Positions 39,805-51,705 of a DNA stretch of 64,000 nt are shown piece by piece. Location of the stretch: NCBI GenBank assembly GCA_965112155.1, contig OZ218098.1. The stretch is one strand, 5' to 3'. The DNA is from Podarcis liolepis (taxonomy: Eukaryota). Numbering within the stretch: position 1 is the first letter of the stretch; every line of letters begins with the position of its first letter. A model generated the notes under the pieces. It made no database searches and was not told the origin of the DNA. It saw nothing but the letters and a program-made list of their open reading frames with translations. The position numbers and the translations under genes are program-made.

Positions 39805-42800
39805 TCATGATACTGGAAGTGGGAAGAATTTGCCCGTCTTCTTGGTGCGGGAGTCATTCCTGGCAGAAGACAAAACAGGAGAGGGAGACCCCAGAGTGGA
39901 CATCTATGGCAGCCCCTCTGGCCAGGTGAAAGGAAGGTCAGAGAACCTGCACAACATGTAGGAGCCTCCACACCTCAGGGGCATGGACACATGGACAGCT
40001 GTGGCAACAAGAGTTTGATAACCCTTCCCAAACAAACCCAGTCCTTATCCAAGGATGGTAGCAGCACTCAATAGCAGCAGGGTTGGGGAATCTTCTTCAG
40101 CCAGAAGAAAGCCTTCCCTCACAGGCAACCTTCCTGGTGTGGCAAACTAGTGGTGAGCAGGGCCGGAAGCAAAAGTGGTCAGAGCAGCCGGTGTGACTTA
40201 TCATTGACTATCTTTGGACTATGTTCCAGCCATACGAAAACCAGAGGTTCTCTCTCACACACCCAAACAGACACTCGCTACTTCTCCATCCAGGCAAGCA
40301 AGAGCACCATCATAGTTTAACAGCACATTCCAGTTAGGCAAAAGCAGGGAGTGGAGCAGGATCTGTGAGGGGAAAGTCCTGGGAGACCCGACAAGGAGGC
40401 CTTGATGGCTGCATTCAGCTCACAGGTCCCCCTCCCCTGCAACCCCACAAAATGCACCCCAGGCAGCTGTGCCAGCTCACTTACGAGGGTGGGAAGGTGG
40501 TCCCAATGCAGTCCCATAGCTTATTAGGGAGACAGCCACCTCCTGGGCTCATCTGGATGGTGCTGATTTCAGGGGGAGTCGGAGGAAAGAAGACCTGGTC
40601 TGTGGGTGGAAGGTTAGAGGGAAGTATTAGGTCCAGCACCCCACCACCACCACCAACCTGTCCTTCGGAGGATCACCAAAACTGAGTAAGGATGGGGCTC
40701 TTATATTTCTTCCTCCCCAAGCCACCCACACTTCAGTTCACCTTGCTCATTCATGACGCTGGGCTTTTGCACCAAAGGCACCAGGTTTTCCTGCTCTTCT
40801 CCCACAAAATGTCTCCAGAACGAAAGAGGCAGTGCTAAGAGATTGGCAACCACCTGCGGGGGAATGGAATCATGTTAGCTTTATCCGGCGCCTAATCGTG
40901 GAAATTCTTCCCCATCTGCCCCACCCGGCCTTCATTAGCTGGTTCTTGCTTATGTTCCACAGAGGTGTCTATCTGCCCATTGTTTTCACATGGATTCAGT
41001 TGTCATCATAAATTTATTGACAATGTGGTAGAGATGAGAGCTTGCAAAAACACAAGCTTGGAGGAACAGTGAAAGCTGACACTCTCACAAGCCAATATTT
41101 GAAACAAAGCATTCAGAATAATTCTCTGAACTCTACGACTTGAGATGCAAAAGCATTGATTAAGCAGCAGTCAGTTATGCTCCATTTGTTACCTTGACTA
41201 TTGAATTTCTCACTGCAGCTTTTATGCTCTTATGAAATTTTATGGAATAAGAAAGCCATGGCACATAGCAAGGGCTCACTTGCCGAATTTTGCAGTGGGC
41301 TAAAATTAGCATTTCTGGGAATCTCAGCTCCCCCCCTCCCACCTTTTAATATAAAAAAGCAAGTTTCTAGCCCATAAGACAAAAATATAATATTAAAAAT
41401 CTGTTTAAAATGCTTGGCAAAGTCTCAGAAGCAAGCAGGATTTCCCACAGTCAGGACTTTGTTCCTGCCTTTGTCACAATTAGCAGAAGCATTCCTCCTC
41501 CAAGCTCAGGGTACCTCCCCACATTCCACTGAGTTCACAAGAGCTACCCTGGTGCAACAAAAATAATCAATCCTCAGTTCTACACTGCATCAGGATTTTG
41601 CTTGATGTACAGTCTGAGCATTGTGCAGTCTTTCCTGCAGTCCCACAGGGGGTCAGAAAAAAATTAAATACTGCACGCAAGTAACAAATACAGGTTGCAT
41701 CTGTTACCAGGCATTGACGTGGTGTGTCTTCCATGATGATGCGTGGGGAAGGGCTAGGATTACTGTGCCCAACTAGAGTCGGTCCAAAGATACGTGCTAG
41801 GTTGTGCCGGTCCATTCGACACTCAGCGCTCTGCATGACCCTAAGGACAGAGAGATGGATCCATGGAGTCAAAGGCCAAAGCAGAATCCTTCTAACCCAA
41901 AGGTACAAAGCCCAGCTATATCCATAACATGGATGGTGGGCATCACAACAGGGTCAGAAACCATGGTTCATGCAGGCCACACAATGGGTGAAGCAACCAA
42001 GCCCACAAGACAAGACAAATTGCAGGGGACAGGATTAGACAAAACCCCTCCTTAGCAGAAAATGTATTCCTGACACCCCTTGATGCAACAGATATCCATT
42101 ATTATGTTTGTTTCTTTTAAGTGAGAAGTGCATTATCTGATGTAGCAAATAAGTGTCCCAAAACAGGTTTCTGAACAGTTACTGTGGATCCAATCAATGA
42201 ACAGAAAAGAGTGCTGTTCAAACCTATTGTGCAAGACAGGAAAATACCCATAGTAGCAAGTGGTGCAGCCAGCACTTTCAACAAGGATTGATGATGGAAC
42301 AATTGTCAGATACTTATCTGCTTGCCCTTGTACAGAGTAAGAAAATCAAGAAAAGGAAGACCTTTATGGAATGAAATGCAAAGGCCTCTGCCTTTACAAA
42401 TGGGGAAGCAAATTCACAACACTCCTAACATGCAGAAACAGTATTATGTTGTTTCAAAGGAAAATACATGGCTTGAACATGCAGTGTCACCTTTTGCCAA
42501 GGCAGAAATCTCCACCAAGTTGAGGGAAAGTTTTGCACATTTTAGAATTCCAGGTATCCCCCTTCAAGCCTAAAATCTGCCCTCACCAGCTTACCTATGG
42601 AGATGCAGCACCAGAAAAGCCAGAGTGTCCCTATTGGCCAGAGGCAACTTCATCACAACATGGCAGAGTGCAGTCTGGCGAGCAGCTTCATCTGGAATTT
42701 CTGGGTGGGAAGAAAATAGTGCTATGAGGTTGGGGGTGGTGGTTTCATTACTACCACTCCAGAAAAGGCACTTTCCACCTACTGCCTTGTCCAAACTCAC

Positions 42801-45800
42801 CTGAAGCACGCAGGAAGGCAGGGTGCAGGGCAAAGGTCACTAGAGGTTCCTTCAGGCTCCTCAGAAAGTCCTTGAGAACCCCACAGATCACATTGACATC
42901 AGCCACCTGGTCCAGTGAGGGAAGCGCTCCTCGGGCACAAAGCAGCTTGCGCTTCCATTCTCGAATGAGGTGCTCTGAACCTGGCACTCTGTATAGCCCA
43001 GCCTGCAGATCACGAGGAGCAAAAGACAAGAGGAACAGATGCACACACAAAAGCTTGTAACGGCCACTAAGGTACAGTCCCAGCCGGCACTTCAGGCCTG
43101 GAATCATTACTACTAGTCAGAAGCATCCGCCGGCACCATTTTGTGGCCTTGCCTCTTTCTGCTTTTTAAAGATGTCACGGCCATTTTGTGTAATGCTGCA
43201 CCCTCATGGATACTTTAGGACGTGAAATGTGAAAGACAGGGCCTTGGATTGGGCCTGTAAGTATATAATTAACTCCTGTGGCTGGATAAAAACAGGCACT
43301 GGGTATGCAAACCCATCTCCCACCACCAGTAAGGAGGGTAGGCGAAGCAAAGAGTTCCAGGCCTAGGGAGAGGGTCAGAACAGGCAACACCAGCACAGGA
43401 TATCCAATGAGAAAGCTCAGAGCATGCAGAATGCAAAGAACGAGGGGACAGATAAGGAGAACAGCAGCAGAGATCAGAAGTAAGATTATGAAGAGCCTAA
43501 AGAGGCTGAGAGGAATTTGGGGGAGAAAAAGTAGCCAGTGAACAGAAATAGACAAATATTAAAAATGCATTAGAAAACCAAACAACCAGCCAAGATGAAA
43601 AAGGAAAAGAAGATCAGAAGTCAGGAGAAGCAAGTGAACTAAATGCAACACCTCTATCCCAACAGCTAGCATAGGGGAAGTAGGGCAAAAAGAAAAATAT
43701 CACAGAAGTTGTGCAGTGACAGAATTAGATGTGACAGAATTAGATGTGGAAATCCAGGTTGATGGCAGTTAAGAGTAAACCATCAGCAGCTCAACCAGCC
43801 TTTCAGAGCCCCACTGCTGCCCCCCCCCATAAATGCACTTACCTCCTTCAGGCCACGCCTTTCCACTTGATTCACACACTGGATGACTAGTGGGGGCACC
43901 AGAGGTGGGGTGGAGGGTGCAAAATCTGCCAGAATGCCCTGAGAAGACATGGGGAACCTTAGAAGAGGCAACTGGTAGTCGGGGGGGGGGGTATACTGTC
44001 TGACAGTGGAGGAAGAACACAGGCATTGTGGCTAGTAGCCATTGATCACGGCTAGTAGCCATCAATGTGGATTGGGGGGAAACAGCTCAGCCATACCTGC
44101 CGCACATGTCGCCCCAGCCACCCAAATTGCTCTTGCCCCCAGCAAAGCCGGCAGCACTGAAATAAAAGCCCCACGAGCTCCCATCCCAGGGAAGCGTCCT
44201 CACCTCTCTCGCTCTGGGGGAGGCAGTCGGCCTGCACACGGACGGGCTGCATTCTTTGCACTCAGGATGCACTACAAGCTGGCAGGGCCGACATTTCAGG
44301 GCCATCTTCCCAAAGCGCAGGCGGGATTTGCAAACCGCACACGACTCCAGGCTGATCATCTTGTAGCCAGGGAAGAGAGAAGAGCATTAGATGAGCACAG
44401 CAGAGATCAAGAGGGAAAAGACCACAGGCTTCCCATAGCTTGCCCCTTTGTACAATATCCCTCTAGCTTGAATTTGTCCAATGGAGCTCTTGGATTTATT
44501 TATTGCATTTATACACTGCCTTTCTGCCAAAGCGGCTGACAGTTTTAAAACATCAAATAAATGATACAAAAGGTATAGTTGGCCCAGGGGTAGGTGGGGA
44601 GGGGAGAGTCCAATTGGCACAGGCTCTGGTGCTGCCCCTGCCTGCCCCCACCCCAATCTCTTCTTCATGGAGCCTTTTTTGTAGGTATATTCCACACCAT
44701 GTTACTGGCATGATCCTTAGTTCCTTAGTGGTGGGTTTGTACTGGAGCACCCACAGATTGTTCCACTTTATCAGCTATCCTGAGATGCTTTCAAAATGTT
44801 ACTGCATGATTGCCACCAGGGCGAGCACTCTTGGGCAAGACAGAAGCAGAACTCTTGTAGTATGCAGTGTTACAAGATTTTAACAGGAAGTTATGAGACT
44901 TGCACAAAATTGGAAACAAATGCAGACAGTTGGCTTAGGAGAACCCAGTCAACCTATCATTAAGAGCACTTGAAAGCATCCCAGCAGATAAGCACTCCAG
45001 CTGAGGGCGTTGCTGAGAGGCAGCCCTGTTCTTCTTTTCTCACCGTCTTGGAAGTAAAGTGGTGCTCTTGGAGGGGTGGTGTGCGAGAAGGAGAAAAGGG
45101 GTCCTGAACACCCCTCAAGTCAGTCCTAATCTTCGTGCCAATGGTGTCACTCTCAGCCTGGCTATTACTTCTGCCTGACCCCTCACTGCTGCCCCAGAAG
45201 GAAGTGGCGTCTGTGGAGAGAAGACCACACATCAGAGACACATTTAAAGGCATGGACACTTTCGTCCAGCGTTCAAGCTGGCACCTCCCAGAAGTCATTG
45301 TTGGATCTTAGCACTGGTCTACCTACTTCCATCTGCAGGCTCCCATTTGGAGTATGACGCCCTGGGGGTGCAGAAGCCCACAATCAAGAACTCAGTGTGA
45401 CTGCTCTGTGTGGACGGAGTTGGCCAGGAACCTGGGCTAAGGTGGGGCAGACAACTTGCTCAATCCCCTCCAGTGGTCCTGGGCTTGGGAGCATGGTGGC
45501 GGTCAACTGTCCAGAGGGCAGACAGGTGGGAGAATGGACTCAAAAGTTTGCAAACCAGACCCCATCTTTAAAGGAGGGGGAGACAAGCCAAATATCTCCC
45601 TGCTCCTCATAAAGCCATTCTTGCTATTCTAGCTCCTATGAATCCAAACCTACACATCTGAGATCACGATTAAACCATTTGGACACACTCAGGGTCTGCC
45701 TGCCAGTCTCTTGCACATAACATGGCTCGTGGTTTTGTAGTTCTACCCCTCCTCCTCCTCCTCCTCCTCTAAACCAGCACCGCCTCCAAATCTGTTTGGA

Positions 45801-47194
45801 CTGCACACCCTTTCTTCAAAGGAAAGGCATAAGTACCCTGAGCATGTATTGAGTAGATTCCCCATCCCCACTTACAACTAAGGAAAACGGGATGGCGATG
45901 AGGAGCCCAGGCAGAACAGGATCTTTTGTCCCTTCACTGTCCCCAACTCCCTTTACAGCATTCTGGGAACAGCCTATTTTCCATTTTGGAAACAGAAAAG
46001 CTTATTGCAGCATATTCTCTAGTTCTACTGCTAAACCTTTTGTCAACACTCATTACCTAACCATGTCTGCCCACCTTCAGAACAAGCCAGGCCACACCCA
46101 AAAAAGGAGGGAAGAGGCACCTGAGCGTGTGGACAGGCAACGGCTCTGCTGGGATCGGCGACGGGGCACCACAGCAATAGGAGGCAAAACGTGGGCAGTG
46201 GCTCCGGATCTCAGAGTCGCCACAGACATCTTATTGGCCTGGCAAGATTGGAAGGGAGGGGCAGAGAATGATGAATGGCAGTCTTGATCAAACCCCTTTA
46301 AATGAAGGATACAGGATTATTCTCTCTCACACACACATCCACACGTTCAAGGGAATCTTAACCCTAAGAGCTTGCAGAACATAAGGGAAACTCCGTTTTA
46401 CTTGAAGCTTCATTGCCCTGTTTGATCATGCCACGTATAACACATACCCTGCTGTGCAATCTACCACATTGCAATATCTTTTTATCAGAGCCATTTATTA
46501 TCAGAGCTGATTTTGCAATGGTGTCAAAGGTTGCAGGCTGGGTCTTCCCTCGCACAGAGATACGCACAAGGGCATCGCCAGGTACTTACACTCGGAGGCG
46601 GAGGTGCCACAGATGTTTGTGCAGATTTGGTTGTTGCCACTGGCTGAATCAGGGGCACGAGGGAGGAGCACTGGAGGAGAGAAACAGGTGTGAGAGCAAC
46701 AGGAAGACAGATCCACATAATTCCGGGTGAGGGAAGCTCAGCACAAATTGCTTGCCATTTTCCACCCTACAGACTATCAACAAGACAGAGCAAAGTAAAT
46801 GGCGGGATACAGACAAAGACGTTTTCAAATATTTGAATGTGTAATTAGAATCACATAAGGGTAAGGAAGATTTATCTCCTCCTGTCCAGTTGTGGTCTCT
46901 GATGAAACAGATGTTTGAGGCAGGCACACAGAACTAATATAGAACGGGTGCTTCAGTTCTGGAATATGTGGCAGCTGAAGGACAGGATGCTTCCCAGCCC
47001 CACCTTCACTTACCCCTTTGTCTCTGCCTTTGAGGGATTTTATCACTTCCAAATCCTAGAAGAAAACAGAAAAGGAAAGCCTGAGAAAGGATGTAGACAC
47101 ATTTGTAGCTCATGGGCTACTTAAAATGAAGGCCCACCCTGAGCTTGAGCACATCTTGCTACTTCTTCCCATCTCAAGTTTTGAACTGTGTGTA

Positions 47195-47225
<31 letters not shown>

Positions 47226-50020
47226 GCATCATTTTAAAAGCTTCTGCAGATAGCCACCTGTATAAGATTGTATCTACATCCCAGAAGCCTCTTCAGCATT
47301 CACAGTATGCACACGTGTTTCAATGGCTATAAGAATCTGTCTACTTGCATTCATCAACAACACACATGTATCTTACTAAGGTTCCATATTCTTGTTTTCT
47401 GCAAGAAGCTACCCTAAACCCTGGTATTCTGGCTATAGTCAAGTAGAATGCTGGTGTGCTTTTAGTTTGTTGCTGGTTTTATTTTTTATTTTTTTAAAGT
47501 TGTTTTTACTTTATTCTTTATGTAAAGTATTTTGAGTGTTGCTTTTTTACCATCCAGTAGTATACAAATTTTATTAAATAAATAAAATAAGTACAGAGTT
47601 GCCTGCAATCTGCATTAGGAGGTGTGCCTGCCTCCATCATAATTAACTTTCCAGAGGAATTTGTAAACATCCCTGTTTATCCAGGCATTTGGGGGATGAG
47701 GAATAGTTCCTGGCAACCCCACAACCATTGGATGGAAGAATGTTTTGAACTGTAATTGCTTTTAGAATGTTTTGAACTGAAGTTGTGTTCATATGTTTTT
47801 AACCGTTTTAGAATGTTTTTGCTTAATTTTAAAGTTGTGTATCTGTTTGTTGACCTGGGGAGGAAGAGCGAGGTATTAATGCAATAATAAATACGCAAAT
47901 AAATTACAACTAAATTACATCTGTCATGGTATGTGGTCTCCAAATAATCTGTGCTCTCATTAGAACAAGGTGCCCATTTCTCACCCCAAAACAACAAATA
48001 AATGTTTGAACCTATGAAGGGTGTTGACAACTTGCTTTACACAAGTACGCACCAGTTAGGTCAAAGGCTGGTTTAGTCCTGCTCCTCTTCACATAGTTTA
48101 GTCTTTTTAAAAATGGCAAAGCTATTTTGCTTTCCCTTGTTGTTGCTAGAATAGTTGCAAGACTACTCTGGAAATCTGGGGAGAAGGGGGAGGGTATGAT
48201 GGTGCTGCAATCCACGCACTTCGCAATAGGTGCTCCCCACAGCTGGCTTTCCCTAGTTCAAACCAAATTCTACTAAAATGTTGCATAACTGGTTCTCTCC
48301 CCGTAGAACAGAATTTTTTACTGTTTTGGGCATACAAGTGCCACAAGGGTGCTTTCAAACTGTTGCTCTTAATATGTCACATGCATCTTCTCCCTTTGGT
48401 GACCAAGCATAATTCCCCCTGAAAGAGTACCGGGTATAACATGCCCCCTATTCTGGGGGACTCAAAATTAAGAAAATGGGGGGAGATTGCCAAGAGTTGT
48501 TAAGCTCTTTTTTTCAGGGAACTGCCCAGAATTGCACATACACTCACAATCTCATGCATTGCCGGGGCTACCCAATTGCCGCTGCGGCAGCCAATTGCCA
48601 AAAAAACTCGCCACAACCACCAATCAGCCGCCCTATTGTCACTGAGAAACTCCGACTCGTGGCAGCAGTCAATCGCACGTACCCCCTCAGCACTACCCAT
48701 GTATAAGATGAGCCAAGATTTTTAACATGATTTTTTAAGTAAAAAAACCCCTTGTCTAATACACGAAAAAATATGGTACTTTGTTTCAAACCAACCCCTT
48801 TCCACGTATATTGCCTCTGTTCATATTGATGTGTATCTCTGAAAACATACACCAACATGCAGGGCCTGTTGCAGTAGTACGTGTGGCACTATCAATTTCA
48901 AGTGTGAAGTCTTGGCTTCTGCTCCTGTAGAGCGCAGAGATCTCAGACAACGTAACCATAAGAGTCTGACTGTGCCCTGGAGCTTTCAGTTCTGACCTGG
49001 CAAGCCTGGGAGGAAGGGATGCTTACTTACCACTTCGTCATCCGAGTGATCAAAGCTGATGTCAGATATGATTGAGGTGCCAAGTCCTTCCACTGCAGAC
49101 GGCCTACTGAGAAGAGTAACACAGGGGCTGTATCACAAATGACAGCCTCATATCATGCCTGTCTCTCCCACTCTTGCTATATAGCTCAGTTCTTCTAATC
49201 CAGTATCTTCTCCAAACACCCATCATTTTTTAAAAAAATCTTTAATGTGGGGATACCATTGTGGGAAAGCTACATTTTCTTTTCATTCAGTCCCTTTCTT
49301 TGCAAGGACCCCATGATGAAGGTGAGACAGGGGTGGCCAAAGAAACATTACTGCTATTTAATCAAGTTTATTGTTCACTGCTATTTAATCAAGTTTATTG
49401 TAGGTTTATCATTATAGCCCAAAGCCATGACAAGTTGTTATCACACTTGCTGTGTTGTTCTGGCATTGTGGGTTTGCATATGAACTAGTCGCCTATCATG
49501 ATTGTTATTTTCGGTATGCATGTCAAGGGGCCCCTTCAGACCTGTAGAATTGGCACTTGGTTTTTTTTATAATACAGTGGTACCTCGGGTTACATACGCT
49601 TCAGGTTACACACTCCGCTAACCCAGACATAGTACCTCAGGTTAATAACTTTGCTTCAGGATGAGAACAGAAATCGTGCTCCGGCGGCGTGGCAGCAGTG
49701 GGAGGCCCCATTAGCTAAAGTGGTGCTTCAGGTTAAGAACAGTTTCAGGTTAAGTACGGACCTCTGGAATGAATTAAGTATGTAACCACTGTACTTCTCA
49801 ATCATAGGAGCCAACTCCTTGGGGCCAAAGGGTCTTTGCACCCCCAATAAAATAGCTCATGGGCATTGCCATGCAAATGGTGTGTATGCACTGTGTCATA
49901 TGATGAATCATGCAGGGTGGGGCCTACTTGGGCCCCCCAATATTTTATTCAAGTTGGCACCCCTGTTCTCAATGTGGATATTCACACCAGTATTTAATTT
50001 GAAAGCCTTTTGCCCCAAAT

Positions 50021-50109
<89 letters not shown>

Positions 50110-51669
50110 GTGAGAAGATGGAATGATTGTGCTTATGGTAACAACTAACTGCACATCTGAATCACCAGAAACTTTCTGCAAATAGTAATAATTTGACTCT
50201 ACCCATTATTGGAACCAGTAAAGCTAAACAGCAGGAATTAGTCAACTAAGCTGAGAGATAAAACTGACCTGCTGTGTATTTGGGCTGTATGATGTATATA
50301 CAACTGTTTGATTGCATTTCATTTATTGTATGCTTTGTGGAATGTGTGAAAGCAGAGATTTACATATGTCCATTTTTAAAAACAAAAATATCCAGACAGG
50401 GATTGATTTGCTTGCCTGAGAGAAGCTGCAATATCATCTGTCTTAAGTACTCCCTTGCCACTCACCACTTGCCAGGCAGCAGGGTGCTGTGGCTGAAACG
50501 TGGCCTTTCTAAAGCCGCCAGGGCTGAGCGCTGGTCCTCATTGAAAGGACTGATTTGTGAATCAGCCATCAGGTAGTCATAGATAAGCTGCAGCTTGCGC
50601 TCCTGAGAGGGATGAAAAGGGGTGAGGGGTGAGTAGAACAATGGAGACCCTGTTGGAATGAAGAATGTAGCAGTCTTCAAGTGCAGCCGCTTTGCAGCTG
50701 TAACCATGTTCAGACTGGTACATCCCTCCTTAGGGTGGGGAGCACCTAGTTCTCCCAAGCCAACCTAATGCAAGTGAACTGTTTTTGCCTGGGATGCATG
50801 TCCAGGACTGCAACTGACTATGCACTAAATACATCCAAGTTCTGTGCTCCCAAAGTCCAAAATTCTGCAGTCTTAATTTCAAGAGAACAGGGAATTTCCA
50901 CTTGCTTGCTGCATAGCTAAGTGTCTAAGCTACTGAGTCACATCAGCTCCTGGCAGCTTTTATGAGACCTGAAACAGCACAGCTGTAGTTGTTATGGTGC
51001 AGCAGTCTCTTGTCCATCTATTGTGCCACACACTAGCTTCTATTCGGGTTGTGCTTAAAACTTCCTTCTTGCTCCAGCCATATCTCTTTAGTTCCCAAGT
51101 TCTGTGGCAGCAGCTCCCCACTCCAGGTTTAGATATTATTCTTCCCAGCATGCATCACTCTGACACAACACAAACCATTCACCTACTAGGCTTTATCACC
51201 CTAAGAACATAATAAGACAAGCATCATCATTTGGTTGGAATCTTATTTGCTCTTGTTTTCTGCTGTTGCTTTTCTGCATATGAATTTTACTTTTCACTGT
51301 TACCCACCCTGGAAGTGCTTTTTGGCAATGAAGAGTGGGGTACAGGTGCTTAAAGTTAAATAGTCTTGTTGATCAGACCAAAGGTCCTGTATCCTGTTTC
51401 TCAGAGGGTGCCTCTGGAAAGCCTAGGCCTCTGGATGTGTTAACCCCCTCTTGCTATTGTTCCCCCACCAACTGGTATTCAGAAGCCTGCTACCTCAGAT
51501 CCTGGAAGCAGTACAGAGCAACCATGACAGGCAGCAACTGATAGCCTTATACATCATGAATTTATCTTTAAAAGCCATATAAACTGGTAAGCTGTAATCA
51601 TTCAACTTGTTTTTATTATTGCTTGTAAGCCGCTCTGAACCCGGCCTTGGCTGGGGAGGGCGGGGTATA

Positions 51670-51705
<36 letters not shown>

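Noticed and set aside
43175-43555. 126-aa hydrophobic minus-strand ORF resembling a membrane protein
   Set aside because: Intronic pyrimidine-rich sequence gives Leu/Phe/Ser bias; no recognisable homology, and the flanking exons join in phase without it.
45390-45506. Possible extra RACGAP1-like exon (LTATMLPSPGPLEGIEQVVC...)
   Set aside because: The open frame is phase 0 but the flanking junction is phase 1; the phase-1 reading hits a stop and there is no strong donor.
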